Positions 16,040 to 26,316 of a stretch of DNA of 31,986 bases are shown piece by piece. The translations under genes and the position numbers were made by a program. Positions within the stretch are counted from its first letter, which is position 1. Every line of letters starts with the position of its first letter. The DNA is taken from positions 1 to 31,986 of the IMG/VR virus record IMGVR_UViG_3300006616_000044; one strand, written 5' to 3'. The DNA comes from a virus (taxonomy: Duplodnaviria > Caudoviricetes). The notes below the pieces were generated by a model. That model was not told where the DNA came from and searched no databases. It worked only from the letters and a program-made list of their open reading frames with translations.

Positions 16040-16720
16040 ATGAGCGAATTAAAAGAATTATTCAACGACATTAAAAGCATTTTTAAAAGCGAAGGTGTCG
16101 ACATTGAAGAAAACTCTGAAAATATCGCTACTACTACTGAAGAATTTACTGAAGAATCTAAAGAAGAAACTACTGAAGAAACTGTGAAAGAAAAGTTTGA
16201 AGACGTTGTTTTAGCTGACGGGTCAGTCGCTCAGATTGAGCCTGATGTGTCTTTAGGTGCTGCGGTGGTTGTAGATGTAGATGGTGAGCTTTTACCAGCT
16301 CCAGACGGTGACCATGAACTAGCAGACGGTAGAGTAATCTCTACAGAAGCTGGTGTTATTGTTGCGGTTGAGGAAGCTGAGGAAGCACCAGAAGTAGAAG
16401 CGGAAGAAGAAGAGGAAGAAGAAATGTCTAACACTTTAACAGAAGCTCAAGAAAGAGAAGCAAAAAAGATTATTGAGTCTATAGTAACTGAGAGAGTCTT
16501 CGGAATGGAAGCAACTATTAGCGAAGAGAACAATGAACTTAAGGCAGAAATTAAAACCCTTAAGGACTCTTTTGCTAAACTTCTAGAGCTAACTGAAAAG
16601 CTAATTAACGAGCCAGCTAAAGAAGCTGTAGTTAAAAGAAATTCAGCTTTTAAGTCTTTGAAGAAAGAAAACAAAAAAGACATTATAAGTGTCTTAAAAT
16701 CTAAAAAAATTATTAATTAA
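16040..16720 (+). CDS. Capsid scaffold-like protein
   Basis: Very acidic, PAPDGDHELADG motif, C-terminal coiled coil; lies between protease and capsid. Confidence 0.7.
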   Translation: MSELKELFNDIKSIFKSEGVDIEENSENIATTTEEFTEESKEETTEETVKEKFEDVVLADGSVAQIEPDVSLGAAVVVDVDGELLPAPDGDHELADGRVISTEAGVIVAVEEAEEAPEVEAEEEEEEEMSNTLTEAQEREAKKIIESIVTERVFGMEATISEENNELKAEIKTLKDSFAKLLELTEKLINEPAKEAVVKRNSAFKSLKKENKKDIISVLKSKKIIN

Positions 16721-16734
16721 AAAAATTATCAATT

Positions 16735-17679
16735 ATGAGTTTTGATGTAAGTGCTTTACCAGCATATACGGAACAAAACGCTATCGACATGATTATCAAG
16801 TCTGTAGCTGGTGGAAGATTAGCTAACTATGCTAATATCCAAGACGGTGTGAAAGGACCGACTACCGTAAATATCCTTTCAAGTGACGTCGTATTCCAAG
16901 CGGATGGATGCTCAAGAAGTGCAAGTGGAACTACTACTTTGTCTCAGAGAACAATTACTCCAGGCGCTGTAGCAGTACACGAAGACCTTTGTATGACTGA
17001 CTTAGCGGCTAAATATACGGCTGTTATGTTAAAGCAAGGTTTAACAAATGAAAAAGAAGAAATTCCTTTTGAGGAATTATATTTTGAAGAAAAAGTTGCT
17101 AAATTGCAGAAAGCTATTGAAGTGGCTGACTGGCAAGGAGACACAACTTCAGGAACTGCTAACCTATCTAAGTATGACGGTCTTAATAAGATTATCGCTG
17201 CTGCTACTGCTATAAACGGTAACCCTTCAGCTATTACTACAGGGACAGGAATTACTTCAAGTAATGTTATTGGAATTTTCACAGGAATGGCAGAATTAAT
17301 GAGCGAAGATATTATGGACGCTGACGACCTTAAGTTGTTTTGTGGAATGGATTCTTTCTTAAAGTATCAAAAAGCTATTGCTGATGGAAACTATTTCCAT
17401 TATGTTGTAGATGGTGACTTTACTGCTGAGCTTCCTTTAATTGGATTCCCAAATGTAACAGTTTGCGCTACTCCTGGACTTTCAGGTTTAACTAACGGAA
17501 ACTCTTATTTAATGAGAGCTTCAAATATTTATGTAGGTGTTGATTTACCAGACGAAGAGTCTAGAGACGTTCATTCATGGTTTGACCCTAACGACAGAAT
17601 TTATAAGGTATCTATGGCATTCAGAAGAGGTGTACAAGTTGCATTCCCTGACCAGATAGTAGAATTTTTATTAGTATAA
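16735..17679 (+). CDS. Major capsid protein
   Basis: 314 aa after the scaffold; WQGDT...YDGLNK segment; followed by a terminator. Confidence 0.85.
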   Translation: MSFDVSALPAYTEQNAIDMIIKSVAGGRLANYANIQDGVKGPTTVNILSSDVVFQADGCSRSASGTTTLSQRTITPGAVAVHEDLCMTDLAAKYTAVMLKQGLTNEKEEIPFEELYFEEKVAKLQKAIEVADWQGDTTSGTANLSKYDGLNKIIAAATAINGNPSAITTGTGITSSNVIGIFTGMAELMSEDIMDADDLKLFCGMDSFLKYQKAIADGNYFHYVVDGDFTAELPLIGFPNVTVCATPGLSGLTNGNSYLMRASNIYVGVDLPDEESRDVHSWFDPNDRIYKVSMAFRRGVQVAFPDQIVEFLLV

Positions 17680-17685
17680 TGTAAT

Positions 17686-17706
17686 GGGGAGCTAGTCTCC
17701 CCTTTT
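17686..17706 (+). terminator. Intrinsic terminator, probably leaky
   Basis: GGGGAG-ctagt-CTCCCC followed by only T4. Confidence 0.7.
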
Positions 17707-17752
17707 AAATAATTGTTAGCTGAGATGCTAACTAACTGAAAATCAAATAGTT

Positions 17753-18268
17753 ATGTCATGTGTATTAGCAGCGGGAATGGCGAGAGATTGTTCTGACAGT
17801 CTTGGCGGAATTGAGGAAGTCCTTATTTCTGAAAGAGACAATGTCACATCATTTACTCAGGCTTCCCACGAAATATCGGCAATTACTCAGGCGGGCGCAT
17901 CTAATTTCTATAGATATAATTTGAAGAAAGAATCTGGCTCTGTTACATCTACAGCTACTGTAGACCAAACAGGCGGAACTTCTTTTTATGACAATGTTTT
18001 AGCTTTCACTATCAATAAAATGACAGCGACTAAGACAAACGAGATTAAAATGCTTATGCTTGCAAGATTAGCCGTAATAGTAAAAACGAATAACGGTACT
18101 TATTTAGCTCTTGGATTTGACCAGTTTGCAGAAGGTAGCTCTTTAGTTGCCCAAACAGGTCAGGCTTATGGAGACCCTAATCAATACCAAATAGAAATTA
18201 CTGACAAAAGTCAGTTACCTTGTTATGAGGTACAGTCATCGGTTGTGGCTGGTTTAACAATTGCTTAA
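17753..18268 (+). CDS. Major tail tube protein
   Basis: 171 aa; MSC...CSDSLGGIEEV, GTSFYD and TGQAYGDPNQY motifs; flanked by terminators. Confidence 0.65.
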   Translation: MSCVLAAGMARDCSDSLGGIEEVLISERDNVTSFTQASHEISAITQAGASNFYRYNLKKESGSVTSTATVDQTGGTSFYDNVLAFTINKMTATKTNEIKMLMLARLAVIVKTNNGTYLALGFDQFAEGSSLVAQTGQAYGDPNQYQIEITDKSQLPCYEVQSSVVAGLTIA

Positions 18269-18290
18269 ATTGTTCTTTGTTGTATGAAAG

Positions 18291-18317
18291 AGGGGAGGGT
18301 AAAATCTCCCCTTTTTT
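18291..18317 (+). terminator. Intrinsic terminator
   Basis: AGGGGAG...CTCCCCT stem followed by a T tract. Confidence 0.8.
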
Positions 18318-18332
18318 ACTAAATTTGTAATT

Positions 18333-18485
18333 ATGTTAAAAAAAGAATATATAGGAAAAACGATTCACACTAAACATTTTAAAGTTTTAGTATGTGAAGA
18401 AAATATAGAGTTGCTTAAGAAGTTAAAAATTTCTGAGGTGTTTGAAGAAAAGAAAAAAGCCAAGAAAAATGATAGTGATAAATAA
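18333..18485 (+). CDS. Small hypothetical protein (50 aa)
   Basis: Read manually: MLKKEYIGKTIHTKHFKV...KKNDSDK. Confidence 0.6.
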   Translation: MLKKEYIGKTIHTKHFKVLVCEENIELLKKLKISEVFEEKKKAKKNDSDK

Positions 18486-18870
18486 GAACGCTACTACAAA
18501 CTTTGTAGCCACCTTATATGAGCTTAGTCAGTTAACTAATCCAAACTACTTATTTGAGTTTGAAAGTGACCAGACTAAGGTTAAATACTACACTATAATT
18601 TCAGACATAAGCACTAATAAGCCTCGTTACAATGAGTTTAATTTTATTGAGGGGTCAAATGACCCAACTAATGGAAGTCTAATTTTAGGGAGTGCTGGCT
18701 TTTATAACTATAAAGTTTATGAACAAGCTAGCTCTAGCAATTTAGACCCAACAGGATTAAACAAAGTAGAAGAGGGAAAACTTAAACTAATAGACTCTAC
18801 CTACCAACCGTCATTTACTCAACATTCCGTTTCACCAACTACTAACGTAGTATATAATCCAGCACAATAA
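18469..18870 (+). CDS. Putative virion structural protein
   Basis: Start reassigned to ATG 18469 (MIVINKN); GFYNYKVYEQ motif; TAATG-coupled to the portal. Confidence 0.6.
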   Translation: MIVINKNATTNFVATLYELSQLTNPNYLFEFESDQTKVKYYTIISDISTNKPRYNEFNFIEGSNDPTNGSLILGSAGFYNYKVYEQASSSNLDPTGLNKVEEGKLKLIDSTYQPSFTQHSVSPTTNVVYNPAQ

Positions 18871-20726
18871 TGAGCGTAAAACTAATACCTATAAATTTTG
18901 GAGGCTATGAATTGCCAGAGTTTAAAGAATCTAAAAAAGGTGACTGGTATGAATACGGCACAGAGAGACCTTATAAAAATACTTATCCAGATTATTTGAC
19001 TAAGCTCTATAATGAGTCTAGTAAACATAATCAAATCATAAATAGCAAAGTTAAGTTTATAGTAGGACAAGGCTTTGTTGTAGATGAAAAACTAACATTC
19101 ACAGAAAAAGCTTATGTAGATGGCTTTTTAAGAATGCCTAACGAAGACGAGAACATAGATGAGCTTACATCTAAGCTAGCCAAAGACAAGAAAGTATACG
19201 GAGGGTTCAGTCTACAGGTTAGAATGTCTAAGGGCGGTAAAATTGCCGCAATAAATCACATAGACTTTTGTGATATAAGATGTGGAGTTGACAATGGTCT
19301 CTACTATTATACAGATGACTGGTCATCTAGAAGCCCACAAAATAACGAAGATTTTAAAATACTACAACACTTCCCTTATGATGACACCGCTAAGGCAGAT
19401 GTTGACTACATAATATACTACAAAGAATACAGACCAGACTTAGGTGTCTATCCGATGCCTGACTATACCTCAGCTATACCTTATTTAGAATCAGACGCTG
19501 AAATAGCAAACTTCACTTTACAAAACATTAAAAACAACCTCTCAGCGGGCTATGTTATTTCCTTTGCAAATGGTCAACCAACAGAGGAAGAAATGCACCA
19601 AATAGAGAGAAGATTTAAAGACTATGCTACTGGAGCTGATAACGCTGGCAAGCCTTTGTTGTCATTTACTGACCAGGCTAGTGACCACCCTCAAATATTA
19701 CCTATTCCAGTTAATGGACAAGATGAAAGATTCATAAATCTAAACAACCAAATTAGAGAAGAGATATTCACAGCTCATGGCATTACTAGCCCTCAATTAT
19801 TTGGAATTAAAGAAGCTGGTGGGACTGGCTTAGGGAATAACGCTGACGAGATAGTTGTAGCTTCTCAATTATACCAGAATCTACAAATAGACCCAGAGCA
19901 AAAAGTATTTGACGAGCTTATTAACTCAATACTTAATTTTAATGGCGTTTCTGGTCAGCCTGTAAGACTACAGAAAATTGAACCAGTTCAAAGATATTTT
20001 AGCGAGTCAGCTATTATAGCTGTAATGACTCAAGACGAGATTAGGGAGAAAATAGGTCTACCAGCACTACAACCAGAGCAAAGAGTAGAGCTTAAAAGTG
20101 ATGAAGATGACATTATCTTCTCACAATTAGAGACTACTGGACTAGATGCTAACAGCTTAGAGGTGTTAAAAACGTATCAAAACCCTATAACATCTTTAAA
20201 AGACGCTAAAGAATACGAAGAAATAATTAAAAAAGAGTCCTTTTCTCTTACTGAAACGCTTTCAGAGTTAGAAAAAGAAGTGTTATCTTTATTAATTAAG
20301 AATCCTAATTTACCTTTAACTGAATTAGCTGACGCTTTACAAGTTCCACAGGCTCAAGTAAGTGAGGCAGTTAGCAACTTAGTAGACGCTGAGGCTCTAG
20401 ACAAGAATTTTAAGCCAACACCATCGGCAGAAGAAAGCATTCAAAAGCCAATAGAAGAGATATTTGTTGTATATAGATACATTGAAAGACCAGACGCTCC
20501 ACCGTTGAAGACAGAAAGTAGACCATTTTGTAGAAAAATGATGTTATTATCTACTACTAGAAGATACACTCTACAACAGTTAGAGCTATTGACTAATGAC
20601 TTTGGACAGACTGGAATAGATATTTTTACAAAAAGAGGAGGATGGTATCACAACTATAAAACAAATAAAACAACTCCATTTTGTAGACACATCTGGCAAC
20701 AGGAAATAGTAAGATTAAAAAAGTAA
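18870..20726 (+). CDS. Portal protein with C-terminal HTH-like and MuF/minor-head-like extension
   Basis: Portal-like core (YPMPDY, GADNAGK, IFTAHGITSPQLFGI, MTQDEIREKIGL). Then LTELADAL and SRPFC...PFCRHIW. Confidence 0.8.
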   Translation: MSVKLIPINFGGYELPEFKESKKGDWYEYGTERPYKNTYPDYLTKLYNESSKHNQIINSKVKFIVGQGFVVDEKLTFTEKAYVDGFLRMPNEDENIDELTSKLAKDKKVYGGFSLQVRMSKGGKIAAINHIDFCDIRCGVDNGLYYYTDDWSSRSPQNNEDFKILQHFPYDDTAKADVDYIIYYKEYRPDLGVYPMPDYTSAIPYLESDAEIANFTLQNIKNNLSAGYVISFANGQPTEEEMHQIERRFKDYATGADNAGKPLLSFTDQASDHPQILPIPVNGQDERFINLNNQIREEIFTAHGITSPQLFGIKEAGGTGLGNNADEIVVASQLYQNLQIDPEQKVFDELINSILNFNGVSGQPVRLQKIEPVQRYFSESAIIAVMTQDEIREKIGLPALQPEQRVELKSDEDDIIFSQLETTGLDANSLEVLKTYQNPITSLKDAKEYEEIIKKESFSLTETLSELEKEVLSLLIKNPNLPLTELADALQVPQAQVSEAVSNLVDAEALDKNFKPTPSAEESIQKPIEEIFVVYRYIERPDAPPLKTESRPFCRKMMLLSTTRRYTLQQLELLTNDFGQTGIDIFTKRGGWYHNYKTNKTTPFCRHIWQQEIVRLKK

Positions 20727-20729
20727 ATT

Positions 20730-21278
20730 ATGGCAGTTTTATTTATATCAGAACAATACGTAAAAAATACTACATTAATAGACGAAAATGTAGACATGAG
20801 GTTAATTTTACCAAGTATTAAAGACTGTCAAGAGTTAAGAATACACCCTATTCTTGGGACTCCAATGTATGAAGATATTAAAACAAAGATAACTGCTGGA
20901 ACATTAAACGCTGATGAGGTTAATTTACTAGACAATTATGTTGCTCCAGCTATGGCTAAATGGGTGATGTATGAATGTAGCGCTTCAATGTTATTTAAAT
21001 ATAGAAATAAATCAGTAGCTACTAAATCTAGCGAAAACAGTAACCCTATAAGCTATCAAGATTTACAGTTTTTAAGAGACGAATGGAAAAACAAAGCAGA
21101 AGAAAGAGAGGCTAGATTAATCAACTTCCTTTGTGATAATGATAACCTATTTCCAAAATATAAAGAACACTCAGACGACTTAAACCCTAGAAAGACAGCT
21201 TACCAAACTAGCTATTTTTTAGGTGCTGGAAGTTCTAATTTTTGTTGGAAAGACGATTATAACTATTATAAAAAATGA
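20730..21278 (+). CDS. Putative head-tail adaptor
   Basis: Directly after the portal; helical; QELRIHPILGT motif. Confidence 0.55.
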   Translation: MAVLFISEQYVKNTTLIDENVDMRLILPSIKDCQELRIHPILGTPMYEDIKTKITAGTLNADEVNLLDNYVAPAMAKWVMYECSASMLFKYRNKSVATKSSENSNPISYQDLQFLRDEWKNKAEEREARLINFLCDNDNLFPKYKEHSDDLNPRKTAYQTSYFLGAGSSNFCWKDDYNYYKK

Positions 21279-21742
21279 TATTGACCTATAATCAAATATT
21301 AAAAGAGTTTGAAACTTTTGCTATTAATCATAAGCAAATATCTACATTTGGTAATGGTGACTTGTGGGAGATAGTAGAACACAACCAACTAGCAGACTTT
21401 AACTACCCGCTTTTTTGGGTAGCTGACCAGCCCGCTAATTTAGGAAACGGAGACTTCACTTGGAATTTTAATATAATGGCTATGGATTTAGTTAATAAAG
21501 ATGAGTCTAATGAGAACGATGTGAAGAGTGATATGTGTCAAGTTCTTTTAGATGCTGTTGCTTATTTTGAGCAAAAAGTGTCTACTACTAATAACGTTGA
21601 CTGGATGAAAGTAAACCTAGTTAGGTCTGGGACTTTAAATAGTTTCACAGAAAGATTTGAAGACGAGCTAACTGGATGGGGGATGAATATAGGGTTTAAA
21701 ATACCGTTTAGTTATGACAATTGTAATTTACCAATAAGTTAA
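21275..21742 (+). CDS. Putative tail terminator
   Basis: Acidic 155 aa with YPL and FTERFEDELTGW motifs. Confidence 0.55.
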   Translation: MILTYNQILKEFETFAINHKQISTFGNGDLWEIVEHNQLADFNYPLFWVADQPANLGNGDFTWNFNIMAMDLVNKDESNENDVKSDMCQVLLDAVAYFEQKVSTTNNVDWMKVNLVRSGTLNSFTERFEDELTGWGMNIGFKIPFSYDNCNLPIS

Positions 21743-21746
21743 AGAT

Positions 21747-22691
21747 ATGCCGATACTATTTAATCCATATAAGAAAAAAGGAGTTTTTATGATACCAGCG
21801 GGGGGTCTTGGTCCAAGTGTTTCTGCTGACTTTAGTTATTCAAAAAGTAGTTACCATCAAGACGAGGCTAACCCAACACCAACTATCACTGGAACTGCTG
21901 GAGGTAGTTTTGTCTGTACATCTGGCGCTCTTTTCGTTGATACTGGTAGCACATCAAGTTCAACTGGACAAATTGATTTGGATGCTTCTACATTAAATAC
22001 ACATTTAATTTCTTATACTGTTGACGGTGTTACAGCTACCGCTAATGTTGGGATAACAGCTTCTCCATTTATAGCTAATACCTTTAGTATGCAGTTTGAT
22101 TCTGCAAGTTCACAATATGTAAATGCAGGAAATCCATCTTCTTTACAAATTACTGGTGCTTTAACTATATCAGCTTGGGTTAAATTTACAGGAAGTGCTA
22201 TGGCTTTAGTAACTAAAGCTAATACAAGTGGAACAGATAGAAGTTACGGGTTATGGGCTAACAGATTTGGAAGTCCAAACCAACCTGTATTTTTTGTTTA
22301 TAATTCTGGAACACTATACGAAACACCCATAACAGGTTCAAGTGCAAACGATGGTAATTGGCATCATTTAGTTGGTGTTTTTAATCCTTCAACATCTTTG
22401 CAGTTGTATATAGATGGCGTTTTAGAGCAAGAAAACACTACTTCAATCCCTGCAACTATTGATAATGATGTTGTTGATTTTAATATTGGTAGAGCAGCAA
22501 ATGGAACATTTTACTATAATGGAAAAGCTGATGAAATAGGAGTATGGAATACAGCACTTTCAGCAGATGCCATTACAGAGATTTACAACGCTACAAACAA
22601 CAATAGCGGCAAAGCTCTTGACCTTACACAAGATTCTGGGAACTACAATGCAAGTTCTAACTTACAGTATTTTAATAGAATGGGAGATTAA
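21747..22691 (+). CDS. LamG/concanavalin-like lectin-domain virion protein
   Basis: FSMQFD...TISAWVK...WHHLVGV...LYIDG...YYNGKADEIGVWNTALS. Confidence 0.85.
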   Translation: MPILFNPYKKKGVFMIPAGGLGPSVSADFSYSKSSYHQDEANPTPTITGTAGGSFVCTSGALFVDTGSTSSSTGQIDLDASTLNTHLISYTVDGVTATANVGITASPFIANTFSMQFDSASSQYVNAGNPSSLQITGALTISAWVKFTGSAMALVTKANTSGTDRSYGLWANRFGSPNQPVFFVYNSGTLYETPITGSSANDGNWHHLVGVFNPSTSLQLYIDGVLEQENTTSIPATIDNDVVDFNIGRAANGTFYYNGKADEIGVWNTALSADAITEIYNATNNNSGKALDLTQDSGNYNASSNLQYFNRMGD

Positions 22692-22704
22692 ATAAAAAAA
22701 AATT

Positions 22705-25700
22705 ATGAGCGCAAAGTATATTAGTAACAATTGGAGGCTTTTAAATCAAGAGAATAGTAGTAAAAACGACAACTATGGGCTAACGTATAATGGCAGCAAT
22801 GAATATATAGATTTAGGAAGTCCAAGTGAATTAGATTTTCAAACTGGTGAAATGACTTTATCTTGTTGGATTTATTCAGAAACAGTATCAAGTATAAAAC
22901 CCATTTTAGGTAATTCAAATTCAGGTGCAACTAGTTATCAATATTTGTTAGATGTAAATAGAACTGCTGCAAAAATTAGTTTTTTAACTTCTGGGGTTCC
23001 AACATTAACAAGCAATTTAACAATAAGCGCAAATACTTGGTATCACATATGCCTTACAAGGTCAGGGACAACAAGTAACTGGGTTTACACTATGTATATA
23101 AATGGAAGTTCTTCAGATGGTGGCACATTAAGCACGTCTACAAATCCACCAGCTACACAAACTGTAGCAATTGGTAAATATGGAGCTTTAGGAGGATATT
23201 ATTTTCAAGGTAAAATAAGTAATTTTTCTGCATTTAACAAAGCTCTTACATCTACACAAATAAGCACTTTATACGGAAGCAGTTCTTTAGGTTCTGGCAA
23301 TCCTATGGCTTTAAAACCTCAACCTGTAGCATATTACCCACTTGGCGATAATAGTGCATCTAATCCACTAACACAACCAAACGTAGCTGTAGAAGATGCA
23401 AGTGTTTTTAATTTTGATGGAAGTGATGATTATGTAAACTTAAACACTACTTTAAGTTCATTAGGCGTTACAACTTCTTTCAGTATTTCTACTTGGGTTA
23501 ATATTTCTACGCTTGGCATTTATGACACTGTAATTGGCGCTCCCGCTGCTTATGGTACTTGGAACGATGGTTTTGGTTTAATGGTTTACAATAATGCTTT
23601 ATATTTTTGGGTTGAGGATTGGAATGACGCAAACCATTTTGTTCAAACCGCTACTTTAAACACAAGCCAATGGTATCATATAGTATGTACATTTAGCACT
23701 TCAAATGGATTAAAAATTTACGTTGATTCTGGCACACCAACAACAGCTTCAAATACTGAAATAGGAACATTAACTTTTCCAATGTTTATTGGGAGTACGG
23801 GAACAAACACCACTTACGTATTTAATGGCGAAATCAGCAACACTCAAATATGGAACACAGAGCTTTCTGCTTCAGATGTTAGTACCCTATACAATTCAGG
23901 CGTTCCATTATACACAGGTACACAACCTCAAGCTGCTAACCTAAAGGCTTGGTATAAACTAAACAACACAGCAAACTGGGAGGCAGATAGTTCAGGCAAT
24001 TGGCAAATACCAGAAGCTACTTCAGCATATCCGCAGAGTTTTAAATGTGATTCAGGATGGATAGATTTAAACGGAAGTAATTTAGCACCTATTTTAAATG
24101 GAATATCTAATTTTACATTATCTTTATGGTATAAACAAGACGCTATAAGTAATCGTTTTGTATTTGATATTAAGGATGGCACTAATAGAATGGCATTACA
24201 GTTAGTTAATGCAGCCACTAATTATCTTTATTTTAATAGTTCTTATAATTCATATTCAGCAGTAGATACCCCTATAAATCAATGGAATAACATCGTTTTT
24301 GTATTTGACGGGTCTGAAGCAAATGCAGATAGAATAAAGTTATATGTAAATGGTTCACAAATAACAGCAGCAATAACTGGAACAATAGATTCTACATTAG
24401 GTTCATTTGGTTCAAGTACAGTAGCTAATTTAGGAGCAGCTTCTACAGGTGGTTCATTATATGCGCTTAATGGTAAAATAAGCAATTGCCAAATATTTAA
24501 CAGTTCATTACCCGCAACAGGAACAGATTCTGTTGAAACACTATACAACAACGGAAGCCCATTAACAACAGCAATAGCAAGTTCTAATTTAAAATTATGG
24601 GCAAAACTTGATAATAATGAAAAGTTTGATGGTACTAATTGGAGTGTAGAGAATCAGAAATATCCTGCGGGATTTGATAGTGCTTTAGATTTTGATGGTA
24701 GTAATTATATACAAATTCCGTATAATGCAAATTTAACCCCTCAAACTGGGAATTTTACTGTTTCAGCTTGGGTTAATACAGACAATTTATCTGGATGGCA
24801 TCCAATTTGGAGTACATTAAATTTAAGCTCAAGTACTTCAACAGTTGCAATACATACTTTTAATAACAACATTAGAGTTACAATAGGTAGACCAACAAGC
24901 GGATGGGCTTTATTATTAGATAGTACTGCAACACTAAACACTAATACGTGGTATCATATTGCAGTCACATTTGATTTTTCAGGAAATGCACAAATCTATA
25001 TTAATGGAAACGCTGATAACAGTGGGGCAATTGGCACACATTCTACTACTTGGGATACTGGTGACAGATATATTGGAGAAGGTGAAGGTTTGTGGGATGG
25101 TAGAGTTTCTAATTTTTCAATTTATAGTTCAGAATTATCAGCAGCGCAAATAACAACGCTTTATAATAGCGGAACACCTGAAACAGCTATATCTTTGTCC
25201 CCAGTGTCTTGGTGGAAGTTAGATAATACTACAACAGGTATACAAGATAGCACAGGTAGCAACGATGGAACTAATAACGGAGCTACTAAAGTAAACACTT
25301 TTGTAAGTACAGAAGCAGCTACAAGTTCAGGAATGACAGGTCAAAATTTAGTTAACAACAATGTATCTACGTTAAATGGTGAAAGTAGTGGAATGACATC
25401 TGCGAATTTAGTAACATCTGATTTAACGAGGGCTATTCCTTATGGTGATGGATATAGTTTTAATTTTGATGGAACTGATTTTATTAATTGTGGTAATTTT
25501 ACAGGAGTTAATAATTCACCTACAGCATCTTGGTGTGGATGGTTTAAGCCAAGTGGTACAACTGGAGGAATGTTGTTTTCTCAATGGAGTGCTACTACAT
25601 CTGACCAAAGTATTTTATTTTCCTTAAGCACATCACTTACAAGAATAGATATTTATTTAAATACTAATATTGCGTTCAGAGCATCAGGTGGTAGTGCTTT

Positions 25701-26274
25701 AATGGTACAAGATGAATGGAATTTTGTTTGTTTAACATTTAACAAAGACAATGCTGCTGCTGATAGATTACAGTTATATATTAATAATTCAAGAGTAACT
25801 GAAACAACTGGTTTTTCAGGACCTAATGCCAACATAAACAATTCAACCGCTGACTTTTTAATTGCAGGATATTATACCACAACACAAGAATTTTTAGGTA
25901 ATATTAGCAATTTTACAATCTTTAATGAAGAATTAACAAGTACAGAAATGTTAAAACTATATGCAAACGGTGTACCGCAAGATTTAAGTAGCTTCACTCC
26001 GCAGCCAGTAGCTTGGTATCCATTAGGAAGCAATAGTTTCTGGAATGGTTCAAATTGGACTGTTAGGGATATGTCCGCAGGCGGCTCTAACGATGGCACA
26101 AGCGCAAACATAGGCGCAGATGGATTAGTAGGCGATGCACCACGTTCAGAAGCTAACGGAACAGGTGCTAATATGGATGTGCCAAGTAACTTGGAAGGAA
26201 ACACAAAATGGAGCAGTAACAATAGCTATAGTGTAAATATGAGTTCAGAAGCAAGAAAACAAGATACACCATAA
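22705..26274 (+). CDS. Multi-LamG (five domains) receptor-binding / tail fibre protein
   Basis: Five repeats of FDG..Y / S.W / WYHI / GKISN..FN..L in 1189 aa. Confidence 0.85.
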   Translation: MSAKYISNNWRLLNQENSSKNDNYGLTYNGSNEYIDLGSPSELDFQTGEMTLSCWIYSETVSSIKPILGNSNSGATSYQYLLDVNRTAAKISFLTSGVPTLTSNLTISANTWYHICLTRSGTTSNWVYTMYINGSSSDGGTLSTSTNPPATQTVAIGKYGALGGYYFQGKISNFSAFNKALTSTQISTLYGSSSLGSGNPMALKPQPVAYYPLGDNSASNPLTQPNVAVEDASVFNFDGSDDYVNLNTTLSSLGVTTSFSISTWVNISTLGIYDTVIGAPAAYGTWNDGFGLMVYNNALYFWVEDWNDANHFVQTATLNTSQWYHIVCTFSTSNGLKIYVDSGTPTTASNTEIGTLTFPMFIGSTGTNTTYVFNGEISNTQIWNTELSASDVSTLYNSGVPLYTGTQPQAANLKAWYKLNNTANWEADSSGNWQIPEATSAYPQSFKCDSGWIDLNGSNLAPILNGISNFTLSLWYKQDAISNRFVFDIKDGTNRMALQLVNAATNYLYFNSSYNSYSAVDTPINQWNNIVFVFDGSEANADRIKLYVNGSQITAAITGTIDSTLGSFGSSTVANLGAASTGGSLYALNGKISNCQIFNSSLPATGTDSVETLYNNGSPLTTAIASSNLKLWAKLDNNEKFDGTNWSVENQKYPAGFDSALDFDGSNYIQIPYNANLTPQTGNFTVSAWVNTDNLSGWHPIWSTLNLSSSTSTVAIHTFNNNIRVTIGRPTSGWALLLDSTATLNTNTWYHIAVTFDFSGNAQIYINGNADNSGAIGTHSTTWDTGDRYIGEGEGLWDGRVSNFSIYSSELSAAQITTLYNSGTPETAISLSPVSWWKLDNTTTGIQDSTGSNDGTNNGATKVNTFVSTEAATSSGMTGQNLVNNNVSTLNGESSGMTSANLVTSDLTRAIPYGDGYSFNFDGTDFINCGNFTGVNNSPTASWCGWFKPSGTTGGMLFSQWSATTSDQSILFSLSTSLTRIDIYLNTNIAFRASGGSALMVQDEWNFVCLTFNKDNAAADRLQLYINNSRVTETTGFSGPNANINNSTADFLIAGYYTTTQEFLGNISNFTIFNEELTSTEMLKLYANGVPQDLSSFTPQPVAWYPLGSNSFWNGSNWTVRDMSAGGSNDGTSANIGADGLVGDAPRSEANGTGANMDVPSNLEGNTKWSSNNSYSVNMSSEARKQDTP

Positions 26275-26316
26275 TGATTAAAGAAAAAATATTAAATTAG
26301 TAAACAAATAAAAAAA

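Noticed and set aside
16127-16190. ACTACTGAAGAA-type short repeats in the scaffold gene
   Set aside because: They encode a low-complexity TTEE/TEE acidic linker; an ordinary protein-level repeat.
21808-25627. Alternative-frame + ORFs within the LamG genes (21808..21996, 24959..25153, 25442..25627)
   Set aside because: Leu/Val/Gln-rich off-frame reads produced by the codon bias of the main frame.
21747-26274. Diversity-generating retroelement acting on the fibre genes
   Set aside because: No reverse transcriptase and no near-identical template/variable repeat pair differing at adenines was seen.
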